The position numbers and the translations under genes are program-made. Source: Actinomycetota bacterium (GTDB taxonomy: Bacteria > Actinomycetota > Acidimicrobiia > Acidimicrobiales > Ilumatobacteraceae). From it: DNA of 53,124 nt. Below, piece after piece: positions 15,445-24,673 of this stretch. The first letter of the stretch is position 1, and each line of letters opens with the position of its first letter. The stretch lies in assembly GCA_015767405.1 (NCBI GenBank), contig JADWMG010000001.1, forward strand, positions 1-53,124. Direction: 5' to 3'. The notes under the pieces were generated by a model. It saw only the letters and a program-made list of their open reading frames with translations. It ran no database searches and had not been told where the DNA came from.

Positions 15445-16659
15445 GTGCAACGTGTCGCTGTGATCTCACTCCACACGTCACCGCTGGTTCAGCCAGGCTC
15501 TGGTGACAGTGGAGGGATGAACGTCTACGTACGCGAACTTGTCTCTGCGCTGGCACAAGCCGGGATCGAATGCACCACCTTCACGCGGGCGGACCGCGCC
15601 GACCTGCCTGCTGAGGTGATGGTCGAACCAGGCCATCGTGTTGTCCACATCGAAGCCGGTCCGCACAATCTTCCGAAGGAGGCGTTAGCGGACATCACCG
15701 ATCAATTCCGGCTCGGAGTTCTCGAGTGGATCGATCGGAATGAAAAACCGGACATCATCCACGCGAACTACTGGCTGAGCGGAGTAGTCGGGCATCAGTT
15801 GAAGCATGACCTCGACGTTCCGTTCGTCTCGACGTTCCACACCCTTGCCCGCGTGAAAGCCGAGGGCGGCGATCCCGAACCGGCATGGCGCGACCGGGCG
15901 GAAGCCGAGATCGTCAATTGTGCCGACGCCATTTGTGTCAGCTGTATCGAAGAGGAAGACCAGTTTCGGCGGCACTACGGAGATCCGCAGGGTCGCATCG
16001 AAATCATCGCACCAGGAGTTGAGCATGCATTCTTCGCGCCGGGCGACCAAGAGGGCGCGCGGCGCGCGCTCGGGTTCGATCTTGATCGACCGCAGCTGCT
16101 CTTTGTTGGCAGGATCCAGCCCCTCAAGGGTCCGGATGTGGCGATCCGCGCGCTCGCCGAGCTCGGCCGCCCCGATGCAGATCTGGTGATTGTCGGAGGC
16201 GCGAGTGGCAGCGACGGAAATGGCGAAACGGCTAGGGCGCACGCCCTGGTCGACGAGCTCGGCCTACACGACCGCGTCAGGTTCGTCGAGCCGCAGCCAC
16301 ATCACATTCTTTCTACGTACTACCGGGCAGCTGACGTCGTTCTCGCGCCCAGCAGGAGCGAGAGTTTCGGCCTCGTTGCACTTGAAGCTGCCGCTTGCGG
16401 CATTCCGGTGGTGGCGAGCGCGGTCGGTGGCCTGCTGAGTCTGATTGACGACTATCGCACCGGTCGGCTGATAGAGGGTCGTGACCCGGTCGACTATGCC
16501 CGCGCGGTCGCCGAGATTCTCGATGACCCGGCGCTATGCACGTCTATGGGGACAGCTGCTGTCGAGAGGTCTCGGCGTTACACATGGGGGTTCGCCGCAG
16601 CGCGGCTCCGGCGTCTTTACAGCGACCTCACAGTGCGCGAACTGGTGGTATGTCAGTAG
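15445..16659 (+). CDS. mshA: D-inositol-3-phosphate glycosyltransferase (mycothiol biosynthesis)
   Basis: The GT4 fold and the N-terminal signature ISLHTSPLVQPGSGDSGGMNVYVRELV are typical of MshA. It is followed by a YbjN-like gene, as in mycobacteria. Confidence 0.85.
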   Translation: MQRVAVISLHTSPLVQPGSGDSGGMNVYVRELVSALAQAGIECTTFTRADRADLPAEVMVEPGHRVVHIEAGPHNLPKEALADITDQFRLGVLEWIDRNEKPDIIHANYWLSGVVGHQLKHDLDVPFVSTFHTLARVKAEGGDPEPAWRDRAEAEIVNCADAICVSCIEEEDQFRRHYGDPQGRIEIIAPGVEHAFFAPGDQEGARRALGFDLDRPQLLFVGRIQPLKGPDVAIRALAELGRPDADLVIVGGASGSDGNGETARAHALVDELGLHDRVRFVEPQPHHILSTYYRAADVVLAPSRSESFGLVALEAAACGIPVVASAVGGLLSLIDDYRTGRLIEGRDPVDYARAVAEILDDPALCTSMGTAAVERSRRYTWGFAAARLRRLYSDLTVRELVVCQ

Positions 16660-16678
16660 CGGGTTGCGGCTCACAATC

Positions 16679-17143
16679 GTGAGCGACGCGTACAGCGGCG
16701 AACAGCTCGTTGCGCTCGAACGCGAGGTTGACGAATGGCTGAACCTGCTCGGCGCGTCCTATGACCACATAATCGCTGTTGACCGTTCGACTGACGATGT
16801 CGTGCGCTGGTACGTCAGGATGCGTGGTGAAGACAAGGAGTTCACGACCGTTTGGCTGACACTCGGCCAGCGCACCCTGAAGTACGAGACCTACGTCATC
16901 GGGGCGCCCGAGGAGAACGAAGCCCAGCTATACGAGCACTTGCTGCGGCGAAACGATCGCCTCGTCGGTGCTCACTTCTCGGTGGGATTCGAGGACGCGG
17001 TCTACTTGCGTGGTGAGATGCCCGTGTCGCAGGTGACGCTCGACGAACTCGACCGGGTACTCGGAACCCTTTACGCGAGCGTGGAAGGGTGCTTCCAATC
17101 GTTGTTGCGCATCGGGTTCGCGTCACGCTTCTCGGATTCGTAA
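16679..17143 (+). CDS. YbjN domain-containing protein
   Basis: An in-frame GTG 16679 (or TTG 16664) follows the mshA stop. The sequence RWYVRMRGEDKEFTTVWLTLGQRTLKYETYV... is YbjN-like. Confidence 0.6.
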   Translation: MSDAYSGEQLVALEREVDEWLNLLGASYDHIIAVDRSTDDVVRWYVRMRGEDKEFTTVWLTLGQRTLKYETYVIGAPEENEAQLYEHLLRRNDRLVGAHFSVGFEDAVYLRGEMPVSQVTLDELDRVLGTLYASVEGCFQSLLRIGFASRFSDS

Positions 17144-17288
17144 GTTCAGCCTGTTGGTTCCGTTCTCGGAATGTCGACGCCCACTGTCGAGGTGCCCGGG
17201 CGGGTGCGCTCGGGGGAGTCGGTCCCACTCGCTCCCGCCTGGGCGAACTACGCGGCACGGGAGAATCGCTCGCAGTAGCGTGGCCAGG

Positions 17289-18101
17289 ATGAGTAGCGAC
17301 GCGCTTGACCCGGACAAAACGGCTGAACTGGCTGTGATTGGTGGGGGCAACATGGGAGCAGCTCTTGTTGGCGGTCTTCTCGACTCAGAGGTTCTCAGCG
17401 CGGCACAGCTCGTAGTCGTCGAACTTCTTCCTGATCGCCGGAATGAGCTCATCACGATGTTTCCCGGCGTGCAGATTGTCGGTGAGGTTCCAGCCTGTCG
17501 GGGAGCGTTGCTCGCAGTTAAACCGGGCGATATTCCGGGAGCCGCGTCAGCCGTCGCAGCAGCGGGGGCGACAAGGATCTTGTCGATTGCCGCGGGCGTT
17601 CGCCTGGCGACAATCGAGGCGGCTGTGGGTGATGGCGTTGCCGTATTGAGGGCAATGCCGAACACTCCAGCGCTCGTTCGTCTCGGAGCCTCAGCGATCG
17701 CGGCTGGTTCCAGTGCCACGGCGGGTGACATGAAGTGGGCTGACTCCATTCTCAGCGCGGTCGGAATCGTCGAGCAGATGCCGGAGTCTGATCTTGATGC
17801 ATTCACTGGAGTTGCTGGATCTGGCCCCGCTTACGTGTTCCTCGTCGCCGAGGCACTCGTTGATGCCGCGATTACGGAGGGGCTTTCACGGCCGACGGCG
17901 GAGCGCATTGTGCGTCAACTCCTGTTGGGCGCGTCGACCCTGCTCGATCAGCAGGGTGATCCGCGACGGCTTCGTGAAATGGTCACGTCGCCGGGAGGGA
18001 CCACGGCGGCAGGCATCGCCGTGCTGGAGGATTGTTCTATTGATGATGCTTTTGGCAGCGCCGTTCGTGCCGCAACCGAACGAAGTCGCGAGCTCGGCTG
18101 A
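17289..18101 (+). CDS. proC: pyrroline-5-carboxylate reductase
   Basis: From ATG 17289 the sequence has LAVIGGGNMGAALVGGL, RAMPNTPALV and VTSPGGTTAAGI motifs. The longer track ORF from 17154 has a non-coding-looking N-terminus. Confidence 0.85.
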   Translation: MSSDALDPDKTAELAVIGGGNMGAALVGGLLDSEVLSAAQLVVVELLPDRRNELITMFPGVQIVGEVPACRGALLAVKPGDIPGAASAVAAAGATRILSIAAGVRLATIEAAVGDGVAVLRAMPNTPALVRLGASAIAAGSSATAGDMKWADSILSAVGIVEQMPESDLDAFTGVAGSGPAYVFLVAEALVDAAITEGLSRPTAERIVRQLLLGASTLLDQQGDPRRLREMVTSPGGTTAAGIAVLEDCSIDDAFGSAVRAATERSRELG

Positions 18102-18113
18102 GGCAGCTCGCGA
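18086..18113 (+). terminator. hairpin spanning the proC stop codon, followed by a T-rich tract
   Basis: TCGCGAGCT-CGGCTGAGGC-AGCTCGCGA (9-bp stem) followed by ATTTCACGATTGTTATTTG. Confidence 0.5.
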
Positions 18114-18285
18114 ATTTCACGATTGTTATTTGAATGTGCCTCTTTTCACATGGGCGTGCGTGACCTAACGTGACCATTTGTGGAGACGCGTTCACCGGAG
18201 ACGGTGGACAGCGCCGACCAGGGCTGGTGCCATCGGGGGGTTGGCGCCGGCCCTTGTCGCGTCCGGGCGGCGATAGGTTCGCCAC

Positions 18286-19203
18286 ATGGATCGGCGTTAC
18301 GAGACCGTGTCGTTTCTTTCCGACTACGGAACCGCAGATGAATTCGTGGGTGTCGTTCATTCCGTCATTCGCGATATGGCGCCTCATGCCCGAGTTATCG
18401 ATCTGACACACGGCATCACTCCGTTCGACGTTCGTTCGGGTTCGCTTGCATTGGCACGTTCGATTGGGTACGTCGCGTCTGGTGTGGTCCTCGCGGTTGT
18501 CGACCCGGGCGTTGCCACTACGCGACGGGCTATTGCAGTTGAGGTCGCCGACGGTGAAGGGGTCCTCGTCGGGCCCGACAATGGGCTCTTGGCGCCTGCA
18601 GTAGCGATGGCTGGAGGGTCGGGCCGTGCTGTCGAGTTGAGCAGCGTCGAACATCAGTTGGTCGCTCCTGGGGAGACGTTCGCCGGGCGCGACATCTTTG
18701 CTCCGGCGGTCGCTCACCTTTGCAATGGCGTCGACATGTCGGAACTCGGCAACTTGGTTGACCCCGATTTGCTGATGCCCGGGATCGTTCCGCTTCCGCA
18801 GTCCGACGACACGAAGGTAATTGCACAAGTGCTGTGGGTTGACCGCTATGGCAACGCTCAGCTGAACGTTGGCCCCGACGATCTCGCCGCCACCTTCTCT
18901 GATCGAATCGAGATCCGATTTGATTCGCCGACCGACCCAACCGGTAACACGACACGTAGCGCCGTAAGGTCGACCTCTTTCGCTGAGCTTGCGGCCGGAG
19001 CTGTCGGCCTCGTGCTCGATTCGTCAGGATTGCTTGCGGTGGCGATGGACCAGCGGTCCGCAGCCGACGAACTGGGCTTGGACGTCGGCGACCAGGTGAC
19101 CCTGCTGCCGGCGGATGACGGCGAGCCCGTCGGGGTCGCACAGCCGGTCACTATCCGCCAGCCAGGCGACTCATCGGCGTCGGGCAGCGCCGATACGATC
19201 TGA
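18286..19203 (+). CDS. SAM hydrolase / SAM-dependent halogenase family protein (DUF62, S-adenosyl-L-methionine hydroxide adenosyltransferase-like)
   Basis: Motifs FLSDYGTADEFVGVVHSVI, VVDPGVATTRRAIAV, GPDNGLL and F.GRDIFAPAVAHL are present. Confidence 0.8.
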   Translation: MDRRYETVSFLSDYGTADEFVGVVHSVIRDMAPHARVIDLTHGITPFDVRSGSLALARSIGYVASGVVLAVVDPGVATTRRAIAVEVADGEGVLVGPDNGLLAPAVAMAGGSGRAVELSSVEHQLVAPGETFAGRDIFAPAVAHLCNGVDMSELGNLVDPDLLMPGIVPLPQSDDTKVIAQVLWVDRYGNAQLNVGPDDLAATFSDRIEIRFDSPTDPTGNTTRSAVRSTSFAELAAGAVGLVLDSSGLLAVAMDQRSAADELGLDVGDQVTLLPADDGEPVGVAQPVTIRQPGDSSASGSADTI

Positions 19204-19373
19204 GTATGAGGCCCGCCACAACATTGACGCTCGGACTCCTGCTGGCTGCGATCCTGATTGCGGGCACTCTCTCGCTGGTGCGGCTCTGAGCCGGGTGGAT
19301 ATATGCATCACACTGGCTTGCAACGAACTACGGTGATAATCCGAACCAGGGGCGTCGCCCCATAGGGAGACCT

Positions 19374-20900
19374 GTGAATCTCGCGCACATCATTGATCAA
19401 CATGAGGAAACCTCAACTGCACTTATCTGCAATGGACGCTCAACGACCTACGGTGAGCTTCGGGATCAGGTAGATCGGTTCCGCGGTGGGTTGGCATCGA
19501 TTGGTGTCGGCCGGGGCGACCGAGTTGGTCTGCTGCTTGGCAACACCCCACATTTTGTAGTGTCGTATCTGGCCACGCTCGGTCTCGGGGCGGTTGCTGT
19601 CCCGTTGAATCCCATGAGCCCCGGACCTGAAATCGAGAGAGAACTGTCTGCGGTCGGAGCCAAGGCAATCGTCATCGGAAAGTTGAGTGCCGACAATTGG
19701 GCCACTGTCGATCGTGACGTAGTTCAATCAGTCGTCGCCGTTATTTCGACTGAGCCAGAAGAGTCGGGCACATCAGGCGTCATAGCGTTCGGTGACCTTC
19801 TCGAAAGCGATTCTGTCGAGCGTGTGGATACCGAGGTGGACGATTTAGCCGTCCTGATCTTCACTAGTGGAACAGCTGGTTCGCCACGAGCCGCGATGCT
19901 GACGCACGGCAACCTTCTGGCCAATATCCGCCAGAATACGACCGCAGAGGGGCACCTCAATTCTGACGATGTCGTATACGGCGTGCTTCCGATGTTCCAC
20001 ATCTTCGGTCTCAATGTGGTTATCGGCCTCGGTCTCTCCGTCGGTGCCACGATCTTGCTCGTCCAGCGGTTCGATCCTGCCACGGCTGTCCAATCGATCG
20101 TTGATCGCGGTGTCACCGTGATCCCTGGCGCTCCGGCGATGTGGAACACGTTTGCGCACTTCGACGAGATCGATAGCGACGTGTTCTCCACCGTGCGGCT
20201 TGCTTTGTCAGGAGCCTCTCGCTTGTCAGTGACGATCGCCAACAAGATGGTCGAACGGTTCGGTATCGAGATTCGGGAGGGCTACGGGCTGACCGAGACG
20301 TCACCCGTTGTTTCAACTTCAGCCGGCATTACCCCGCGCTTTGGTTCCGTCGGTCGAGTTGTGGCCGGAGTCGAGGTGCGGCTCGTCAATGACAACGGTG
20401 ACGCTCTGGTCGGTGATGTCGGTGAAATCTGGGTACGTGGCGACAATGTATTCGCCGGCTACTTCAACGACCCGAAGGCAACATCGGACGTGTTCACCGA
20501 AGATGGGTGGCTGATGACCGGTGACATGGCGACGACAGATGACGACGGCTACTTGTATCTGGTCGATCGGGTCAAAGACCTCGTCATCGTGTCAGGCTTC
20601 AACGTGTACCCAGCCGAGGTCGAAGAGATGCTGGCGATGCATCCGCTCGTTGCAGAATCGGCCGTTATCGGAGTTCCTCATCCTCACACCGGTGAGGCTG
20701 TCAAGGCATTCGTCGTGCCGGTCGCTGATGCCGATATCGATGAAGAGATGCTGATCGAGCACTCACTCGATCATCTGGCCCGCTACAAATGCCCGACGAA
20801 GATCATCTTCGTCGAAGAGCTGCCGCGCAACGCTTCCGGAAAGATTGTTCGTCGAAGCCTCGACGACGCTCTCCGTGCCGGCATGTCGCCGACTTCTTGA
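19374..20900 (+). CDS. AMP-binding acyl-CoA synthetase (long-chain fatty acid-CoA ligase family)
   Basis: GTG start. Motifs LIFTSGTAGSPRAAMLTH, GYGLTETSP, TGDMATTDDDGYLYLVDRVKD and PRNASGKI are present. Confidence 0.85.
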   Translation: MNLAHIIDQHEETSTALICNGRSTTYGELRDQVDRFRGGLASIGVGRGDRVGLLLGNTPHFVVSYLATLGLGAVAVPLNPMSPGPEIERELSAVGAKAIVIGKLSADNWATVDRDVVQSVVAVISTEPEESGTSGVIAFGDLLESDSVERVDTEVDDLAVLIFTSGTAGSPRAAMLTHGNLLANIRQNTTAEGHLNSDDVVYGVLPMFHIFGLNVVIGLGLSVGATILLVQRFDPATAVQSIVDRGVTVIPGAPAMWNTFAHFDEIDSDVFSTVRLALSGASRLSVTIANKMVERFGIEIREGYGLTETSPVVSTSAGITPRFGSVGRVVAGVEVRLVNDNGDALVGDVGEIWVRGDNVFAGYFNDPKATSDVFTEDGWLMTGDMATTDDDGYLYLVDRVKDLVIVSGFNVYPAEVEEMLAMHPLVAESAVIGVPHPHTGEAVKAFVVPVADADIDEEMLIEHSLDHLARYKCPTKIIFVEELPRNASGKIVRRSLDDALRAGMSPTS

Positions 20901-20961
20901 CATCGACGGACCACCGAGAAGAGGCGTGACCGGTGTCGTCGCGCAACACTCTTCTCCGGCT

Positions 20962-20979
20962 TTGTGAAAACATGCACGA
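20962..20979 (+). promoter_or_regulatory. candidate Rex operator (ROP-like site) upstream of rex
   Basis: TTGTGAAAACATGCACGA compared with the Streptomyces ROP consensus TTGTGAA-N4-TTCACAA. The left half is perfect and the right half matches 5 of 7. It lies 22 nt before the rex ATG. Confidence 0.4.
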
Positions 20980-21000
20980 GCGCCCTAACGTGGACCGTTC

Positions 21001-21684
21001 ATGGATGGCCAACGAACCCGACGGCGGATTCCCGAAGCAACCGTTGCTCGCCTTCCCGTCTATCTCCGCATCCTGTCGGAACAATTCGACGATGGCGTTA
21101 CCAACATGTCCTCGGAGCAACTCGCTGATTTCGCTGGCCTCAACGCCGCCAAGGTTCGCAAGGATCTCAGTTACCTCGGGAGTTATGGGACGCGAGGCGT
21201 CGGGTACGAGGTCGAGTATCTCGTGTACCAGATTCGTCGAGAACTCGGACTAACTCACGACTGGCCAGTTGTCATCGTCGGCGCCGGCAATCTCGGTCAG
21301 GCGCTAGCCGGATACGGCGGATTCGGTGATCGAGGATTCCCAGTCGGTGGAATTGTCGACGTCGACGAGTCGAAAGTTGGGTCATTGGTAGGCGGAGTTC
21401 GTGTCCGTCATCTCGATGAGGTCGCTCAGGTCGTGCAGTCGAGAGGAATTTCCATCGGGGTCATCGCTACTCCTGGGGCGGCTGCCCAGGAAGTTGCTGA
21501 CGCATTGGTCGCAGCCGGAGTGACGAGTCTGCTGAACTTCGCGCCAACGGTTATCAACGTTCCGCACGGAATTAGCGTGCGGAAGGTGGATCTTGCGGTT
21601 GAGCTCCAGATCCTGAGTTACTACGAGCAGCGGAGGGCAAGTGCGAAAGCCGCGACACTTCATGCCGTCCCCGGGGCGCGCTGA
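21001..21684 (+). CDS. rex: redox-sensing transcriptional repressor Rex
   Basis: The motif IPEATVARLPVYLRIL...KVRKDLSYLGSYGTRGVGYEV is followed by the Rossmann motif VVIVGAGNLGQALAGY. Confidence 0.9.
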   Translation: MDGQRTRRRIPEATVARLPVYLRILSEQFDDGVTNMSSEQLADFAGLNAAKVRKDLSYLGSYGTRGVGYEVEYLVYQIRRELGLTHDWPVVIVGAGNLGQALAGYGGFGDRGFPVGGIVDVDESKVGSLVGGVRVRHLDEVAQVVQSRGISIGVIATPGAAAQEVADALVAAGVTSLLNFAPTVINVPHGISVRKVDLAVELQILSYYEQRRASAKAATLHAVPGAR

Positions 21685-21714
21685 CGCTGCGCTAGCGCCT
21701 AGGATTTAGTTGGT

Positions 21715-22980
21715 ATGTCGATTTTGGTCATAGGAGTCAACCACCGCAGTGGGCCGCTCTCGCTGCTCGAGCGCGTCACGATCTCACGCGACCGTCTGGG
21801 CAAGGCCATCGCGGGCCTCGCAATGCGCGACAATATCCGCGAGGCCGTCGTGCTCTCCACCTGCAACCGCACCGAGATCTACGTGGTTGCCGAGCTTTTC
21901 CACGGCGCCTACGGCGACGTGCGTGATTTCCTCTGTGAGCTGGGTGATCTCACCGTCGATGAGCTGACACCACACCTGTACAGCCAGCATGATTCTGCCG
22001 CGGTCGCACATCTCTTCGAAGTGGCAGCCGGTCTCGATTCGGCGGTTCTCGGAGAGAGCGAAATTCTTGGCCAGGTGCGCGACGCGTGGGAGTCGGCCCA
22101 GCATGAAGGGGCCGCTCGCTCGACACTGAACCTGCTGTTCCGTCTGGCGATCGAAACGGGCAAGCGAGCGCGAAGCGAGACTGGCATCGGTCGGGGTACT
22201 GCTTCCGTCAGCCACGCCGCGGTCGAAATGGTCACTGACGTTGTTGGCGACATCCAGGGCAAGCGCGTGCTCGTGGTTGGCGCAGGCACGATGGGTGAAG
22301 GTGTGGCCGTAGCTTTACATCGTGCCGGAGGCGCTGACATCCTCGTTGCCAATCGTTCACCCGAACGTGGTTCCGCGTTGGCCGAACGGGTCGGCGGAGT
22401 TGCAGTCGGGTTCGATCGTTTGTCCGAGGCCATCGCCGCCGCAGATGTCATTGTTGCGAGCACGGGTGCTGGCGAAGCCTTCCTGACTGAAGAGCTGATC
22501 AGCGCAGCTCGATCCGGGCACCGCTCGACCGCCTCATTGCACATCGTTGATATCGCCGTACCACGTGACGTCGAGCCCGGAGTTGCTACGTTGCCCGGTA
22601 TCACGGTATTCGATCTCGACGATTTGCGTGATTGGGCCGATCGGGGACTCTCCCACCGAGCGGGCGAGGCCGAGCGCGTTCGGGCAATTGTGATCGAGGA
22701 AGTCGAGAACTTCGTCATTGAGTCGACAGCCCGCCAGGCAGCACCGCTGGTCGCCTCTATGCGCGAAACTGCCGGCAGGGTCAGGGCGGCCGAAGTCATT
22801 CGGTTCTCCAATCGCCTCGCAGGTCTGAGTGAAGCCGAACGTGAGTCGGTCGAGGCGCTCACTCGGGCGATCGTCGCCAAGCTCTTGCACGAGCCCTCCG
22901 TTCGTCTGAAGGCGCAGGCGGGCACCCCAATGGGTGAACGCAACGCGGCCGCCGTGCGTGACCTGTTCGACCTTGGTTGA
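21715..22980 (+). CDS. hemA: glutamyl-tRNA reductase
   Basis: Motifs VLSTCNRTEIY, GLDSAVLGESEILGQV and VLVVGAGTMGE are present. Length is 421 aa. Confidence 0.9.
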   Translation: MSILVIGVNHRSGPLSLLERVTISRDRLGKAIAGLAMRDNIREAVVLSTCNRTEIYVVAELFHGAYGDVRDFLCELGDLTVDELTPHLYSQHDSAAVAHLFEVAAGLDSAVLGESEILGQVRDAWESAQHEGAARSTLNLLFRLAIETGKRARSETGIGRGTASVSHAAVEMVTDVVGDIQGKRVLVVGAGTMGEGVAVALHRAGGADILVANRSPERGSALAERVGGVAVGFDRLSEAIAAADVIVASTGAGEAFLTEELISAARSGHRSTASLHIVDIAVPRDVEPGVATLPGITVFDLDDLRDWADRGLSHRAGEAERVRAIVIEEVENFVIESTARQAAPLVASMRETAGRVRAAEVIRFSNRLAGLSEAERESVEALTRAIVAKLLHEPSVRLKAQAGTPMGERNAAAVRDLFDLG

Positions 22981-23861
22981 GAGGTGCGGCTGTGACCCAG
23001 GCTCTCCGTCTGGCCACCCGCGGATCTCGGCAAGCCAGGGCTCAATCCACGGCAGTAGCGGTACTGATCGAGGAACGCACGGCCCGCCCCGTTGAGTTGG
23101 TTGCGATCGAAACGACCGGTGATGTTCGTACCGATGTGCCAATACATGTGATCGGCGGTCAGGGAGTATTCGTCAAGGAGGTTCAGCGCGCTGTGCTCGA
23201 TGGCCGTGCTGATCTCGCGGCGCATTCGGCGAAGGACCTGCCGTCAGCGACAACGGACGGTCTCGTGATCGGCGCCTTCTGTGAACGCCGTGATGCGTCT
23301 GATGTCCTAGTCGGCTCGACCCTTGACGCTCTTCCGCTTGGCGCCACCGTTGCAACCGGCTCGGTCCGGCGACGGGCTCAGCTTTCGTTGGTCCGTCCTG
23401 ATCTCCAGTTTCAAGAACTGCGCGGGAATATCGACTCTCGGCTCTCCAAGGTTCCCGAGGGTGGAGCAATCGTCATGGCGGCCGCCGCGCTTCAGATTCT
23501 CGGAATGCTCGATCGAGTGGCGGAAGTGCTTCCACCTGAGACGTTCATTCCTGCTGTGGGCCAGGGATGTGTAGCAGTTGAATGTCGAACTGAGGATGTC
23601 GACACCATCTTCGCGCTGAAGGCGATCGACCATGTCCAGACGCGTCACGACGTCGAAGTCGAGCGAGCCTTTCTCGCTGAGCTTGGATCGGGATGTTCGC
23701 TTCCGGTGGGTGCCCACGCAGCCGATGGACTGTTGCGAACGTTTCTTGCCGACCTAGTGACCGGAGAATCGTTTAGCGACGAGATCGTGCTGGTGGGCGA
23801 TTCCGGTGATCGCGATACATCGCGTCGCGCGGCGTTGGCATCGCTGGCTGCACTGGAGTGA
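22977..23861 (+). CDS. hemC: hydroxymethylbilane synthase (porphobilinogen deaminase)
   Basis: Motifs LRLATRGSRQARAQS, ETTGD, HSAKDLP, RGNIDSRL and GCSLPVGAHA are present. The start is TTG 22977, or more likely GTG 22992, which follows a GAGG. Confidence 0.9.
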   Translation: MRGAAVTQALRLATRGSRQARAQSTAVAVLIEERTARPVELVAIETTGDVRTDVPIHVIGGQGVFVKEVQRAVLDGRADLAAHSAKDLPSATTDGLVIGAFCERRDASDVLVGSTLDALPLGATVATGSVRRRAQLSLVRPDLQFQELRGNIDSRLSKVPEGGAIVMAAAALQILGMLDRVAEVLPPETFIPAVGQGCVAVECRTEDVDTIFALKAIDHVQTRHDVEVERAFLAELGSGCSLPVGAHAADGLLRTFLADLVTGESFSDEIVLVGDSGDRDTSRRAALASLAALE

Positions 23862-23865
23862 GTCG

Positions 23866-24597
23866 GTGAGCTCGTTGGCAGGCCGTCGCGTGCTTGTGAC
23901 GCGTGAGCGCCCTGGCGAATTGGGGGTGATGCTGGAGGCCCTAGGTGCTGAGGTGGTTCACGCTCCACTGATTTCGATTGAGGAACCGCATGACCAGGGG
24001 GCTCAACTCGCAGCCCAGCTCCGCAGACTCGAAGAGTTCGACTGGTTGGTCGTGACATCAGTTCCAGGGGCTGAACGGGTGGGCGCTGCGGCCGCTCTCT
24101 ACCCGGACGTTCGTTTGGCAGCCGTTGGTCTTGCCACGGCTCGCGCGCTGGCCGGCACCGCGTTGCGGGCGGTTGATCTCGTTCCGGACGTGCACACCGC
24201 CAGCGCTCTTGCCAATGAGCTCTTGCGCCTTTCGGAATCTCAACCGTGCCGCTTCCTGGTGGCGCAGGCTGACCTCGCTGCCGGCGACCTTGTTGAGTCC
24301 CTGCGATCGGCGGGCCACGATGTGACTGTCTGCATCGCCTACCGGACGGTGCTTCGCGCCCCCGATCAACGTGCCATCGAGGGGGCCGACGCCCTTGTTC
24401 TCGCGAGCGGCTCCGCTGCCCAGAGTTGGGTACGGGCAGTTGGTCGGGAGGCGCCGGATGTGATTGTCGCCATCGGGCCATCAACCGCGGAGATTGCTGG
24501 TGAATTGGGGCTCAAGGTTTCAGGTGTAGCCGCCGATCACACTCTTGAGGGTCTTGTGGCCGAACTCGAACGCCAATTTGCAGCCCGATCGAACTAA
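23866..24597 (+). CDS. hemD: uroporphyrinogen-III synthase
   Basis: From GTG 23866 the sequence GRRVLVTRERPGELGVMLEALGAEVVHAPLI is typical of a HemD N-terminus. It follows hemC directly. Confidence 0.75.
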   Translation: MSSLAGRRVLVTRERPGELGVMLEALGAEVVHAPLISIEEPHDQGAQLAAQLRRLEEFDWLVVTSVPGAERVGAAAALYPDVRLAAVGLATARALAGTALRAVDLVPDVHTASALANELLRLSESQPCRFLVAQADLAAGDLVESLRSAGHDVTVCIAYRTVLRAPDQRAIEGADALVLASGSAAQSWVRAVGREAPDVIVAIGPSTAEIAGELGLKVSGVAADHTLEGLVAELERQFAARSN

Positions 24598-24673
24598 ATC
24601 GACGAGGGGTTGATCCGCTGGTGGGCGAGGGCGGTAACTTACCTGCAAGAATCCTGGTGGAAGAGTCGATGAG

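Noticed and set aside
15931-15942. A 12-nt match (ATTTGTGTCAGC) to the left arm of the hairpin repeat, inside mshA.
   Set aside because: No matching right arm or loop motif follows. It lies in conserved coding sequence (DAICVSC) and is considered coincidental.
18102-18285. SAM riboswitch (SAM-I or SAM-IV) upstream of the SAM hydrolase gene.
   Set aside because: Only vague GC-rich pairings were found, with none of the conserved SAM-IV or SAM-I core sequences. The AT-rich stretch at 18110-18150 is better explained as the proC terminator tail or a promoter.
20916-20956. Terminator hairpin after the acyl-CoA synthetase gene (GAGAAGAG ... CTCTTCTC).
   Set aside because: The 8-bp arms are separated by a 25-nt loop with no clean inner pairing and no T-tract. 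This is too weak to call.
21909-23225. 438-aa ORF on the minus strand, the longest unexplained ORF in the track.
   Set aside because: It lies entirely antisense to hemA and hemC, which have unmistakable motifs. Its Arg/Ser/Ala/Thr-rich low-complexity translation is typical of antisense frames in high-GC DNA.
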